Virus record (IMG/VR): IMGVR_UViG_3300045806_000063 | Location: 1-64,000 of that record | DNA from: a virus | DNA length: 64,000 nucleotides | Strand: one strand, 5' to 3' | Shown here: positions 8,375 through 19,702 of the stretch, piece by piece | Layout of the letters: every line of letters starts with the position of its first letter | Numbering within the stretch: the first letter of the stretch is position 1 | Notes under the pieces: model-generated | Seen by the model: only the letters and a program-made list of their open reading frames with translations | Told to the model about the DNA's origin: nothing | Database searches by the model: none | Translations under genes and position numbers: made by a program

Positions 8375-10627
8375 ATGTTGCGACTAAAATTAAGAGTAAG
8401 TGATAGGCCAGAAATACATCATTCGGGGTTTATCAATGAGTTTCTCGTTGGGAAAAATACAAAAGAGAGAGTAGAGATTTTAGGTATTGTGATAGGTCTT
8501 GGTTTGCCATTAGGATCACACAATCCGGTTGTAAAAGATTATAACGCAGTATGTCAGGAATTTGATATCAAATTCCGTATTGAAATTATTAATTTACTGA
8601 ACAAACTAAAAGAAGGAAATCTAATATTTCCAAATGAGCCAATTTTAAATATAGCCAGATCCGTCTATGCGTGTAGACTTTCTATGGACAAATATAGTTT
8701 AGCTCAGATATTTGTTACTTTTACCCATCTTACTAAAGAGGGTTTACTTGGTACATTTATAAATTATAAAAATACGGAACATGTTACTGATGATTTATTG
8801 TTAAATCGGCTGCATGTTCTAAACCTCACTGTATGGGATCTCATTGACCGTGAAGTTGATATCTTCGATACAAATACTTTTCTAAAGGAACTAGATAAAA
8901 GTATTGATCGTATCAGTGCAGAACCTAGTGTTAGCCCGGACTTTAGTGTTGATGTCCCATTACCACTTTGGAGGAAAGCTATTACAACGGCTCGTGATTC
9001 TTTAGTTAATTTAAAGAATGGACAATTCGATTATATTGATGAGGACTACGCATTGCTACTGGTAATATTCCTGGTAGATGCTTTAAGTAGACAGAATCAG
9101 TCTGATACCATCGCCGTTATTGCATATAGTAAAGTCTTTGTAGAAGCGGTATCTAAATTGCAACTGTATGATCATTATGACAATGCTGAAATACAAATAG
9201 GCTGTGAAGACCTGAATGTGGCTGGGGATGAGGAACTGGTTTTTTTCTCTGATGGAGTCGAGGGCATCCTAGAAGAAAGAAAACTCGACAACCTAGCAAG
9301 AACTATGGTTAACACCATCAAAGAGTTTAAGTCAGACAGTAATGAAATGAAAGAATTACTTGCTAATGAAGAGTTTGTGGGCGTGGAGGATTATAAAGAA
9401 GTAGTGCAGAAAATATTAGCATTACTAATGACCCATATAAATAAGTTAGTGCCAGCATTTGCCATACTGATATTAGGGATAATCGCATATCTTTTAAATA
9501 GAGAAAAGGCCGAACCAATTGCATCGAAAGCCCAGAAAGCATACGATGATAAAGTAGCTACTATTGAAAAGAAATATAGTCACCCGCCTAGTATGGCTTC
9601 GTTAGGCATAAATACTACAGAATCCGCTAAGTCATTATCTGCTATGATTGCAATGTATGGCACTGACCTAGACGTTTATATTTTGTCTGAGAATCCTAAA
9701 TATAAAGTCAGTGCACTTCAAGATACACTGATGGCACATGTAGAAGCTTCACATGAAATCATAAAAGATTTAAATCTAATGGTAGATGAGTATAAGTCAA
9801 TCTGTCAGCAGGTTATGTCTCCTGACTCTATCACTCCGATTATATCAAAAATTGAAGAACTCTACCTAAAGGATGATTTTCATCTACTATCCTATACTCT
9901 ATCGCCACTGTATGATTTTGTGAAGAAGGCAGGTGGACAGACTCCGGCTTCAAGCCCAGCATATGAAAGTGTAACTAAAGTAGTTAATTTTTCATCTGGC
10001 CCAGGTGATGCATTCTGGAGAGGACGAGCGCACTATAACAATGATAAACCAGCTCTTAGCATTGGAGCAACCCTACGGCCATATAGTGGCTTGAATGGCA
10101 AAGGTACACAAAGACATGGGATACTTGAAGATATTAAACGAATGGGTTCTTTTAATATCAGTAAACTTGATAAAGAAAAAGCATCAGTAGAATCTAACAA
10201 GACCGCAGTAGAGCGTATCGTTCGGGATTTGCAAGGTATCTCAACTGCTCTACACCGAACTATCCCTGAAGAAGTACGAAACATGACGGTATGGCCATTG
10301 CCGCCACACGATGCACGAATTAAAGCGAATGAATATTTGTGGAAAAATATTGCTAAGTCTAGAGGAATCTTGAGAGCACATGGTTTGGGTAATTTACCCA
10401 TATTTGATACTGCTGATATTGTCAGTGAACTAATAACTGGGAATACAATGGTATCAAAACTACACGCTATAACGGCAGTAAGTCACTCTGTATTAGATCT
10501 TTGGGAAGTGTTTAAAAGAATAACACAAATTAAAAAGACATATGAAAGACATTACAATATTCTCAGATCTGAACAGGAAGCATATCAGAAAGCATTAGAC
10601 AAATACTACGCCGACGGAGGAGCATAA
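8375..10627 (+). CDS. large probable head/internal virion protein
   Basis: About 750 aa; G-x-E sites (GCED, GVEG, GVED); track GTG at 8294 lies inside a palindrome so ATG 8375 preferred. Confidence 0.55.
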   Translation: MLRLKLRVSDRPEIHHSGFINEFLVGKNTKERVEILGIVIGLGLPLGSHNPVVKDYNAVCQEFDIKFRIEIINLLNKLKEGNLIFPNEPILNIARSVYACRLSMDKYSLAQIFVTFTHLTKEGLLGTFINYKNTEHVTDDLLLNRLHVLNLTVWDLIDREVDIFDTNTFLKELDKSIDRISAEPSVSPDFSVDVPLPLWRKAITTARDSLVNLKNGQFDYIDEDYALLLVIFLVDALSRQNQSDTIAVIAYSKVFVEAVSKLQLYDHYDNAEIQIGCEDLNVAGDEELVFFSDGVEGILEERKLDNLARTMVNTIKEFKSDSNEMKELLANEEFVGVEDYKEVVQKILALLMTHINKLVPAFAILILGIIAYLLNREKAEPIASKAQKAYDDKVATIEKKYSHPPSMASLGINTTESAKSLSAMIAMYGTDLDVYILSENPKYKVSALQDTLMAHVEASHEIIKDLNLMVDEYKSICQQVMSPDSITPIISKIEELYLKDDFHLLSYTLSPLYDFVKKAGGQTPASSPAYESVTKVVNFSSGPGDAFWRGRAHYNNDKPALSIGATLRPYSGLNGKGTQRHGILEDIKRMGSFNISKLDKEKASVESNKTAVERIVRDLQGISTALHRTIPEEVRNMTVWPLPPHDARIKANEYLWKNIAKSRGILRAHGLGNLPIFDTADIVSELITGNTMVSKLHAITAVSHSVLDLWEVFKRITQIKKTYERHYNILRSEQEAYQKALDKYYADGGA

Positions 10628-10628
10628 C

Positions 10629-10976
10629 ATGCGATCAATTCTTGAAGAAGATGAATTAGTACCATGCTTTGGTGTGGAAAGTTTACAGAATCCTAACTTA
10701 AATCATTTAGAGGTTTTAAGTAAATCTAACTCACTCAATTCTAGTTTCTTTGAAGATATTGAAACTATAAAAGATATCAGTCATTTGATTGGTAATGAAG
10801 GCATGTGCATGGTTTTAGCTGAGAAGTTAAATGAAGTTATACCTGGCTTCATTACCGAAGTCAATCCAGTTAACAGTTATACAAGAAAACCTACGGTACT
10901 AAACAAACAGTTAGCTTTAGATAAGATAGATGAGTTTTTAAAAACCTCATTTAAACAAGAAAGATATCAGTTTTAA
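10629..10976 (+). CDS. small probable head protein
   Basis: FGVESL processing-like motif. Confidence 0.55.
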   Translation: MRSILEEDELVPCFGVESLQNPNLNHLEVLSKSNSLNSSFFEDIETIKDISHLIGNEGMCMVLAEKLNEVIPGFITEVNPVNSYTRKPTVLNKQLALDKIDEFLKTSFKQERYQF

Positions 10977-11002
10977 TTAGAGTCTGACTACTACAACTAT
11001 TG

Positions 11003-11039
11003 ATATATCCCTCTCACCCTATGGGTGAGAGGGATATAT
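11003..11039. repeat. palindrome, 17-bp arms, TAT spacer
   Basis: Between convergent genes. Confidence 0.9.
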
Positions 11040-11043
11040 ACTT

Positions 11044-13968
11044 TTAGGTTGAAGATTTATATAACACGGTTATACCCTCGACAATGTCTAAGGTATTATT
11101 AGGCATAACAGCTATTACACTACCTAGGGTAAAAGTCTGTGTATTATCAAGAAGTGTAATAATCGGTGCGTTATTTGGAAGAAAAGAATCAATAGAGAAA
11201 GTGATAGCTTGGGAAGGCAATACCGCTTCAATAGCATCCCCTAAGCCTTCTGTGGTTAACGTAGTGAGGGATAACTGACTACCGACTACACTATTAACGG
11301 CTAAGGTAGTTTGCGCCTGTAGATCGAGATTCGTCATTCCGTCATTATTCATATAGACGGTTATTTGAACATTGATGATTCCTGGCACTTGAGCCGTTAT
11401 GCCATTTCCTAAATTTACATTTAGTAAGAATGATTCTCCTGCAGGAGCATACCATATCTTTGTGTTTTCACTTAACTCATTAGCTATTGACGCTATGTCA
11501 TTTGCCATAAAGCCTAAAATAAAATCAGGAAGAGTTGAAGTATACGCTTTAGTTAAGGTAGCGGTAGCATATGAGTATTTGGCATCTATTAAAGTCACAC
11601 CTATTGTATAACTGATACCATTGGTATAATTAGAGACTGGTATAGCGATTCCATTTATATCTAGAACTGGATCTCCTAAATAGTGTAACATTTTAGGCTG
11701 ACCTGAACTATCTAGTATTGGATCCCCTGCATTGTGCAGGATTGTTAAGTTTATATTTCCTAAATTGTCAATTGTAAATACAGGACCTTCTGGACCTTCC
11801 TCATAAATGGTTACAGGGTAGGTCGCTGGAACATTAGCTCCATAGCTTAAGGTTTCCCCTGCTGTCAGATTTTCAATCACTGGGCAGTATAAGTTTGGTA
11901 GATACTGACCAAAATTTAAAGTGATAGTTTCTTGAGTAGCCCCAATCACTCCAGTAGTCAGATAGTCATGAGGAGTTACATAACTTCCATCAAAGACTGT
12001 TGTCAAACTTACATTACTACCGGGTATAAGGTAGAATAGATTAAACGTAGTAGTTAAAGGAACCATGAGCGGCTCAATGACATTATGCGCAGTTACAAAG
12101 TTTGTTAAGTTTATTTGATTTAAGACATTGATATCAAAATCTGTATCAATAGCAAAATTGAATATAGCTTGGCTAGACTGAACTGTACTACTAGCATTTA
12201 GATATATTGTATTTCCACTAACTGGGTCAGTGTATGATAACTGACATAATACCTCTGACAGATTAGCAGGGATTGAAGTAGTTACTTGTAGATTGAATCC
12301 AGTACTTGAAAAAGTAAGTACAGTGCTCATTGTTGCTAGGTTATAAGTCCTAGCTAGGTTCTGATTTACAAATGTTCTATTAGGAACTGTTGGAGCTTGT
12401 AGGTAATAAGCTCTAGCAACGAAGACAGAGTTACTGTAATCCATTACGTAGTGGAATGGAGAATTTAAATAAGTGTTAGTGTTTAATGCATTGCATAAAT
12501 TTAGCCCAGTTAAAGAGTTTATTGCATTAGTTTGGTTATCAGTTAAGACTGATACACTTCCAGATTGTAACTGATAAAGTGCCGACGGTAAGATCGTAGA
12601 TCGTTCAGATGCATGACTTATAAGTGTGAGTGAATTCAGATTATCTAACGAGTAGTTGGAAGGATTAAATAATACAGATGCGTTTAATGCCAAAGGCGAT
12701 GCACTGATTCCGTTTGCAGTATCTGGTGGAAGATTTTGAACTGCTAAATACGTTCTAGTACTCACATTGTTATAAAGGATTTCTGCCGCATAGCCTTTAG
12801 CTGATAATGCCGATATGATATCGGTAGGACGTATAGGTGCTTGAGCAGCGTTGTACCTATAGATTACCTTATTATACAGTTCCGTGAATGTGAGAGGATT
12901 TGCTCCTCCAGTTAAAGCTGTTACTGCTGAAATAAGAATATCATTGATTGATGCAAATGCAGCTACGCCAACATTAGTCTCAATATTTGTTTGATCAAAG
13001 TTAGTCCATGTAGCGCTAAAGTTTTGATAAGACACTTGTGTCAGATCTATATCCAGTGCACCTTGTGTCGTAAAGACGTCTAACCTTATATTAGACCCTA
13101 CCGTACCGTAGCTCTGGTAGATATCAGGTAGTGTTGCAATTAGATTACCGCCGTTTACACTTAACACCATGGTAGGTGTATTAGTATCATAAACAACTGA
13201 AGAGAAAGTTGTTGCCATAGGAACCCAATTACCGGTAGTACTTAAGTAATAAGCAGCGGCATAACAGTAGTCGTTAGCTAAAGCTATGGTCTGATAAAAT
13301 GAACTGACATTACTTATTGTATAAGTGTTTGTAAAACTAGCTACTTGCACGACAGGTAATTGGATTTGTAAGTAATTGGTATTCTGAAAGTTCACCAATG
13401 AATACGGGATAGCATTATCAGTGAAATTAATTAATGGGTTTGTTATTGAGGTATCATAGTAGACCTGAATAAGATTACCAGGGAGACAGTTTATAACAAC
13501 TGGGTAACCTATTTCTAATGTGATATTATTCACACTAATCTGAGTATCTCTTGGAATGATTACAGTTTTTACATTTGATCCTGATGTTAAAAATGCTGCA
13601 TTATTCAGTAATGTATTATAGGGAATTAGTAACTGTATAGTACATTCACTACCAGTTCCAAACACACCGATGTAGTCATTATCTGACATATGAGTGAACA
13701 GGTCATCTATAGTCTGAGATAGGTAAGGATACTGTTTTCTTGTTAACGCATCAGATTTAGCTATGGCTACAGCAGCAGCACACATTCCTGTCTCTAAGGT
13801 AAAAATCATGGGGTTAGTGGCATCAACAATGTCAGCTCCTCCCAATGCTAAGGTTAAACCATTTATAGCTATCTGTTCAAAGCTACTCGGGTTCATATAA
13901 GCATTGGACATATTAGAAATCATGTACTGTGTCAAAGTAGTGGTATTGGGTGTTGCAACAGTCGGCAT
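11044..13968 (-). CDS. virion structural/baseplate protein (phiKZ gp87-like)
   Basis: 974 aa, T/N/S-rich; size and synteny. Confidence 0.65.
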   Translation of the reverse strand: MPTVATPNTTTLTQYMISNMSNAYMNPSSFEQIAINGLTLALGGADIVDATNPMIFTLETGMCAAAVAIAKSDALTRKQYPYLSQTIDDLFTHMSDNDYIGVFGTGSECTIQLLIPYNTLLNNAAFLTSGSNVKTVIIPRDTQISVNNITLEIGYPVVINCLPGNLIQVYYDTSITNPLINFTDNAIPYSLVNFQNTNYLQIQLPVVQVASFTNTYTISNVSSFYQTIALANDYCYAAAYYLSTTGNWVPMATTFSSVVYDTNTPTMVLSVNGGNLIATLPDIYQSYGTVGSNIRLDVFTTQGALDIDLTQVSYQNFSATWTNFDQTNIETNVGVAAFASINDILISAVTALTGGANPLTFTELYNKVIYRYNAAQAPIRPTDIISALSAKGYAAEILYNNVSTRTYLAVQNLPPDTANGISASPLALNASVLFNPSNYSLDNLNSLTLISHASERSTILPSALYQLQSGSVSVLTDNQTNAINSLTGLNLCNALNTNTYLNSPFHYVMDYSNSVFVARAYYLQAPTVPNRTFVNQNLARTYNLATMSTVLTFSSTGFNLQVTTSIPANLSEVLCQLSYTDPVSGNTIYLNASSTVQSSQAIFNFAIDTDFDINVLNQINLTNFVTAHNVIEPLMVPLTTTFNLFYLIPGSNVSLTTVFDGSYVTPHDYLTTGVIGATQETITLNFGQYLPNLYCPVIENLTAGETLSYGANVPATYPVTIYEEGPEGPVFTIDNLGNINLTILHNAGDPILDSSGQPKMLHYLGDPVLDINGIAIPVSNYTNGISYTIGVTLIDAKYSYATATLTKAYTSTLPDFILGFMANDIASIANELSENTKIWYAPAGESFLLNVNLGNGITAQVPGIINVQITVYMNNDGMTNLDLQAQTTLAVNSVVGSQLSLTTLTTEGLGDAIEAVLPSQAITFSIDSFLPNNAPIITLLDNTQTFTLGSVIAVMPNNTLDIVEGITVLYKSST

Positions 13969-13981
13969 AGCTTACTCCTTA

Positions 13982-15325
13982 TTATTTAATGATAGGTGAG
14001 TTAGCAAAAGTGCCACTAACTTTGTTTACGGTAGGTATTGTACTACCTGCTAAAGTGGGAGTCGCTCCCATACCGGCCACAGAGGTTAATACCATATTGA
14101 TAAGTCCTTCAGTGCCACTGACTGATAATCCGCTAGAGCCTGAACCTAAATTCATAGTACCACTAACAATGTTATTTATGACTTGTAAAACGGTATTGTA
14201 GTAGTATGTATAGCACCACCACTCTAATTCATACGTGTTAGTATTTATATGCGGATAAAGGTTGTAGTTAAATATATTCTTCATATCAAATGGTATGTTT
14301 ACCAAGTTTTGATTTACTTTAGTCATGTTTAAAGTAGTTGTCATAGGAGTATTAGGATTATTAGCCTCTGCTGCTGACAACACTTTCATATCAGGATTAA
14401 ACAGTTCCACAGTTTTATTAAATTCAAACATTAAAATAGGTCTATTTTTTTCAGCACCTACGCAATGAAAGTTAATGCTGACTTTATTGTTTTCATCATT
14501 AAAGACAGAGTTTCTATCATAAGCTGATTTAGCCCCATCTGGATTAGTGGTAGGGAAGCAGTACCCTGTAGCATATATATTCTGTACGTATTTTCTATTT
14601 CTATCCATTACTAAACGGTAGATGCGGGAACAGTAATCCATTTCATTATTTAATAGGAATACTGGAAATGGAGCTAACGTACCTTTTAAGATGTTGAATC
14701 CATAATCTAACCAAGTCCCTATTGATGCGGTAATAAAATCACCATCCATGTTATCAAATTCTGCAGTCAGATCAAACACTCCATTGAACTCCGTACACCC
14801 ATCCATCATAGTTATCTGTTCACCGTATTTACCTTCTGCACTATTGTAAACGTCCATAACTTTATCAGGGAATGCAGACATTCTCTCTAGGAAGTTAGTA
14901 ATAGGCAAAAAGGCACACTTGTCATCGATTAAGTTAGATCTAGATAACACCTTACTAATTGAACCAGGGCTAGTACCGGGAGGACCGTTTACAATAGGCG
15001 CATATAAGTTTTTTATTTCAGCCTGACCAAATAGGTTAGGTGATAGCATACAACGGATGGCATTCCCCATTGAGTTCTCCCTACAGTCAGCTAAGTAGGA
15101 TAAATCAGTAACATTCATCACGTTATCGTATGTTAAATTTAGGCCCGGCTTAGTCATGAACACATAACCTTGGTTATCAGTGTTATGAGTTATGGCAGGC
15201 ATACCTTTCTGTACATTTAGACCATGAAGCATATTGTACGTGGCCGAGCCCATAGGGCCTAAACCAAGTGCCATATTGCTAATATTAAGAAAATCTTCAA
15301 CACTAATTGTCATTTGTAACCCCAA
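13982..15325 (-). CDS. virion structural protein (phiKZ gp88-like)
   Basis: About 445 aa; synteny; start may be 15313. Confidence 0.6.
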   Translation of the reverse strand: MGLQMTISVEDFLNISNMALGLGPMGSATYNMLHGLNVQKGMPAITHNTDNQGYVFMTKPGLNLTYDNVMNVTDLSYLADCRENSMGNAIRCMLSPNLFGQAEIKNLYAPIVNGPPGTSPGSISKVLSRSNLIDDKCAFLPITNFLERMSAFPDKVMDVYNSAEGKYGEQITMMDGCTEFNGVFDLTAEFDNMDGDFITASIGTWLDYGFNILKGTLAPFPVFLLNNEMDYCSRIYRLVMDRNRKYVQNIYATGYCFPTTNPDGAKSAYDRNSVFNDENNKVSINFHCVGAEKNRPILMFEFNKTVELFNPDMKVLSAAEANNPNTPMTTTLNMTKVNQNLVNIPFDMKNIFNYNLYPHINTNTYELEWWCYTYYYNTVLQVINNIVSGTMNLGSGSSGLSVSGTEGLINMVLTSVAGMGATPTLAGSTIPTVNKVSGTFANSPIIK

Positions 15326-15338
15326 AGAAGGAAATATT

Positions 15339-16526
15339 ATGGATGTATTAAGTACACCGATGACGGCAGCTGCCGCTTTAGCGGCAGGTCTTCATAATGC
15401 ACAAAGTAATACGTTAGCGGAGTATACCCGCCCAACAAGACTCGAACCAAGGGCATTGGTTGACAGAAGGTTAATCGATAGATTAACTCCTGAGCAAATG
15501 GTAGCACTGGAACAGACCATGTTATCAGTATATGCTGGTTTGTACATGTGTGCCATCTCCCTTACCTGTAAGGTCGGGAATATATCACCTATGCAAGTGC
15601 TGGGTCAATTCGGAACTAACCGATCTCTAGTGGAAGCTGCAGGGAATTCAGTATACTGGGCATACGAATCTTTATCTAGCGACCTTATGTCCTTGCCTAC
15701 AAGTGCAGAACTAACAACGCATCTTTACAGCTCCTTGCCTGAACCATCTATTGGTATGGAAGGACTTGGAAACATTGCTGAGGAAACATTAAAAGTCCAT
15801 GAACGTAATGGCGTGAACACAGCTACTGGAGGAATAAAAGAAAGTTTTGACTCGGATAAAACGATACACAATATCGTCGATGAGTCTAATCTGGTAGTTG
15901 GTAAGATTTTAAATATCCCTATCACTAGCGGCAATACTACTGTAACTATCCAAACTACAGTTACGCTAAGACCTATGTCAGTTCAAGGTCCAGATTTAGT
16001 CACTATATTTAAGCACAATAGCAGAGACGTATCATTTAGTGCTAGATGGCACCAAGCGAGATCTGGAGAAATTGCATGGGGTAAAGATTGGTTATGCAAT
16101 ATGGATCTCTTTGAAGAGTACAGAAAGGGACTGTATGCTGATAAAACTGGCATCTTAATGAACTTAAAAAGTACCAGATCCAAAAACATCTGGGCAGCTA
16201 TTATAAGTGGTAAGGCTTCTCCTAATGCTATATCTGCAATGACATTCATGTCCAAAGAAACAGCCATGAATGTTCAGCAGGAAACTGGTTATAAATTCTC
16301 ACACTTCAGTGACAGAGAAAAGTTATTTGAAGGAACTTCAATGGCCTGGTTTATCGTCGTGGATACCGTTAGGGAGTCATTCACCATTTATAGTCGTGGT
16401 ATAGAGGATGAAGTAGATCAAACATTCCATCATATCAAAGGTAATGCCAAAAACCCTAAAGGTGTGGATATTAACGCGGTTATAGATGCCTATAAAGCTG
16501 GCAATGTATCCAATATGTTAAATTAA
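15339..16526 (+). CDS. head/inner-body protein (phiKZ gp89-like)
   Basis: GAAGGA RBS before ATG 15339; AYES and GMEG sites; synteny. Confidence 0.65.
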   Translation: MDVLSTPMTAAAALAAGLHNAQSNTLAEYTRPTRLEPRALVDRRLIDRLTPEQMVALEQTMLSVYAGLYMCAISLTCKVGNISPMQVLGQFGTNRSLVEAAGNSVYWAYESLSSDLMSLPTSAELTTHLYSSLPEPSIGMEGLGNIAEETLKVHERNGVNTATGGIKESFDSDKTIHNIVDESNLVVGKILNIPITSGNTTVTIQTTVTLRPMSVQGPDLVTIFKHNSRDVSFSARWHQARSGEIAWGKDWLCNMDLFEEYRKGLYADKTGILMNLKSTRSKNIWAAIISGKASPNAISAMTFMSKETAMNVQQETGYKFSHFSDREKLFEGTSMAWFIVVDTVRESFTIYSRGIEDEVDQTFHHIKGNAKNPKGVDINAVIDAYKAGNVSNMLN

Positions 16527-16532
16527 GGAGCT

Positions 16533-17432
16533 ATGATGAATTTTAGTATGCAAGGGTATTTCCAGTCCTTAAAAGCAATCATTGGTAAGTCAGAAATACA
16601 AGAACGGTTTGAATTTAATTTAGGCATCATTGAGAATAGAACAATCCCAATGTTTGATGCTGCCGCTGAAACTAATATTGAAAGCGCTACAGATAGACTA
16701 GTGTTTAATCAATTCAAAGCAGAGTTTAAGCACAAAGATAAACAAGTAATTGATATTCTGGCTGATACAATGGCTCAGTTAGTTGAAAATCAAGATTCAA
16801 TTACTAAAACCATTAAGGCTGAATTTAATAAGGATAACCCAAAGTTAATTTCAGATTACTATAAGTTGAATATCTTAAAGTATCTGGAAGCTATTAACTT
16901 CCTATCAGAATATGCTACCTCATGGATTTCAGTAGTGGTAGCTGAAACATCAAAAGATCATAAGTTTATAACTCTTCCAGATATATCAGAGTCAAGATCT
17001 TTCGTAACTAAGTACGATAACATTTCCCAGATTATTCAAATCTGTACTGTTTTGGATCAGCCATTTGAGGATTTCTTAAAAGAGATCAAATCCTTAGAGG
17101 GACACACATACACCGAGTATGATTGGAAGGCTAATCCTGAAGCCACACAAAAGAAAGTGGATGCTTTTAAATCTGGACTCATCCCAGTCGCCTGGGATCC
17201 TTTATTCCACTTGGGTATTATGTTAGCTACATGGCAAGCTACTCGTGATGCTAAAGATCTCCATGAATATGAACGTTTACAGTTTATGTTACAGGGAATT
17301 CAGGATAAACGGGAGAATGCAACTGATCCAACAGTGATAGCTCAATTAGATAAACAGATTGAGTATCGTTCCAATCAAATCAATATTTTACAGATTAAAT
17401 TGGAAAAACTAGAAAAAAGGTACGGAGTATGA
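16533..17432 (+). CDS. head/inner-body protein (phiKZ gp90-like)
   Basis: About 300 aa helical; AAGGAG RBS; synteny. Confidence 0.6.
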   Translation: MMNFSMQGYFQSLKAIIGKSEIQERFEFNLGIIENRTIPMFDAAAETNIESATDRLVFNQFKAEFKHKDKQVIDILADTMAQLVENQDSITKTIKAEFNKDNPKLISDYYKLNILKYLEAINFLSEYATSWISVVVAETSKDHKFITLPDISESRSFVTKYDNISQIIQICTVLDQPFEDFLKEIKSLEGHTYTEYDWKANPEATQKKVDAFKSGLIPVAWDPLFHLGIMLATWQATRDAKDLHEYERLQFMLQGIQDKRENATDPTVIAQLDKQIEYRSNQINILQIKLEKLEKRYGV

Positions 17433-18070
17433 TTAGCGGCGACAAAGAAGAATGCTTTAGAATTCATGAGATCTATAATAGATCTATTAAAGCATTTGAT
17501 AATACAGGATTCACATCTAATTTCGATTTGATAGATATAATCGATTTAAATAAGCTGGTATCTACGTACCATGTGAAAGTTCCTGGACTTGAAACGAGTA
17601 TCCTTTATTGGAAATTTCTTGATTCTTGGATTCAGTTTATGAATACAGGAAAATGGGTAATACTCCCAAGAATGTGGTTTGACACTGTGGTAAGTTCCAA
17701 ATACACAGATCCGTTACAAGAGTATCAAGTAAATACAGAATACAATTCTTATTTACAAAAAAGAAAAGCTATGTGCCAGTCTTTAAACTTATGTCATTTA
17801 CCAATTAATGATAGTCTGGTTAAATTACACTGGTTAAGAGCTAAAGGCGAAGAGGCTTCTTTCGTATCAGTGCCGCATATAGTTATGCGGATGTATCTAT
17901 CAGTTAACGATCTAGAAATAGAAGGTGTAAGAAATAGAGCGTATGCGGAACATGCTAGCTCCTTTAATGCAGCTGACCAGTCTATCTGGCCAACTGAAGG
18001 TGGAACTAAGATGGAGACTCTAGATAATCAGCTAAAACAACCAATATTAAGACATCAGAAGTTTATTTGA
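17429..18070 (+). CDS. hypothetical protein (phiKZ gp91-like)
   Basis: ATGA overlap; synteny. Confidence 0.55.
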   Translation: MISGDKEECFRIHEIYNRSIKAFDNTGFTSNFDLIDIIDLNKLVSTYHVKVPGLETSILYWKFLDSWIQFMNTGKWVILPRMWFDTVVSSKYTDPLQEYQVNTEYNSYLQKRKAMCQSLNLCHLPINDSLVKLHWLRAKGEEASFVSVPHIVMRMYLSVNDLEIEGVRNRAYAEHASSFNAADQSIWPTEGGTKMETLDNQLKQPILRHQKFI

Positions 18071-18165
18071 GTATGGTTTATGAGAAAATGTATTATATGT
18101 ACTTTTAAGTACGTGAATTAATATATTAATTTTTTGCATGTAAAAAAGAAATAAGGAATTCAAAA

Positions 18166-19551
18166 ATGAGAAGTTTAAATTTTGGTCTTTTAAGCGATGA
18201 TGAAGTAGAAGTAGGAATCCCTGAAGGTGATATTCTGGAAGTGGTACCTGATGAACAGTTGGATGATCATGCGCCTGAAGAAAGTGATGATATCGCAATA
18301 GCTGAAATCGGTGAAGTGGCTGAAGGTCTGGAATCTTTGCGTAGCCAGATCGAAAACATGGCAGCTGCTGGTTCGATTAATGCTGACGTATCCAAACTGA
18401 TTGGTATTTCTGTTGCTCTGGCTGAACGTAATGCGCGTGGTAAAGGAACTTTTAACCAAGCTATCGCTGCCGCCAATGAAGGTGAAGGTAATTTTGGTTT
18501 GGAAAGTTTTAATAACAAATCATCAAGCGCAGCTTACGCCTCATATGCCATGTTGGGTATTGGATCTACTATCAGCTCGATAGTAAAAAGAATCATGGAG
18601 TTCTGTCGTAAATGGTTCAATAAAGCAGCCACCTGGTGGAACAAAGTACTGTCTGGTGCAGCTTTCGCAAAGCGTAAAGCTCTGAGCGTAGTTGCGGATG
18701 CTAAAAAACTCACGGAGAGTGCAACCGGAACTGTTGAGATAGGTCCTACTGAGCATAATTCGTTGTCAGTAGAAGGCGCGTTTAAACCTAAAGATGCAGT
18801 GGCGCTCAATTTAGCCGCAATTAAAGGTCTGAAACCAGGTGAACTGAAAGGGAAACTGGAGGACATTTATAACGGTGTAGCTAAAATTAGTTTTGAGACT
18901 AAACAGGATGTCAAGAATGCAACAAAAGGATTAATACTGTCTGAAAGTGGCAAAAGACAGGTGCAAGATCTACCTAGAATCGAGTCTTGGTTTAAGAATG
19001 CAAAGGAGTACCTCGGATTCGGAGATGCCCCAGATCCCAAATCGAAAGATACTGCTACCAAGAAGTCTCTGAAAAAGAGTAATTTATCAGGTAATCAGGA
19101 AGTAGTGTTAGAATTTGAAGGTGTTGAGATTGAAGGCAATGTTTACTTAAAACGCATAACTGCACGTATTGAGGCCCGTGCAAACGGCAAAAATACTGAG
19201 ACTACTCAGACTGCACCAATTTTAACGAAAAGTGAAATTGAAGCTATAGGTGAAGTATGTATCAATGCTGCGAATGTACTGATTACCGCCAAGAACGAAT
19301 ATCGCGAAGCTATGCAACTGATTGGCGATGTTGAAAGCAAGCTGAAAGTAGTGGCTAAGAAATTAGAAGGTGGTTCAATTGCGGCAGGTCATGAAGATGT
19401 TGCAAGACTCGTCACTGGCATTGTTACTAGCGCAGCGTCCACAATTACCGCTCCATATACTGTATCGAAATTGGTTCAAAATATTACACTGACCAGTGTG
19501 AATTCGGCATTGAACTATTGCCGTAAAAGTATTAACAAGCATAAAGGTTAG
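18166..19551 (+). CDS. internal head protein (phiKZ gp93-97 family)
   Basis: Acidic propeptide, EGLES and FGLES sites, Ala/Lys-rich helical body. Confidence 0.7.
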   Translation: MRSLNFGLLSDDEVEVGIPEGDILEVVPDEQLDDHAPEESDDIAIAEIGEVAEGLESLRSQIENMAAAGSINADVSKLIGISVALAERNARGKGTFNQAIAAANEGEGNFGLESFNNKSSSAAYASYAMLGIGSTISSIVKRIMEFCRKWFNKAATWWNKVLSGAAFAKRKALSVVADAKKLTESATGTVEIGPTEHNSLSVEGAFKPKDAVALNLAAIKGLKPGELKGKLEDIYNGVAKISFETKQDVKNATKGLILSESGKRQVQDLPRIESWFKNAKEYLGFGDAPDPKSKDTATKKSLKKSNLSGNQEVVLEFEGVEIEGNVYLKRITARIEARANGKNTETTQTAPILTKSEIEAIGEVCINAANVLITAKNEYREAMQLIGDVESKLKVVAKKLEGGSIAAGHEDVARLVTGIVTSAASTITAPYTVSKLVQNITLTSVNSALNYCRKSINKHKG

Positions 19552-19556
19552 TTAAA

Positions 19557-19592
19557 TGAGATACCGGAGCACCTAGGTGCTCCGGTATCTCA
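19557..19592. repeat. perfect 36-nt palindrome
   Basis: tgagataccggagcacct|aggt... Confidence 0.9.
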
Positions 19593-19602
19593 AATATGTT
19601 AT

Positions 19603-19685
19603 TATTCAAATAATTTTCAAACATATATCATCTAGATGAGATTACTAAATAGTGATTCTTAAGTAGTCATTCTTTTAATAGCAAA
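19603..19685 (+). promoter_or_regulatory. conserved promoter + leader, copy 3
   Basis: Near-identical to copy 1. Confidence 0.8.
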
Positions 19686-19702
19686 TTAGATTGGAGAATG
19701 AA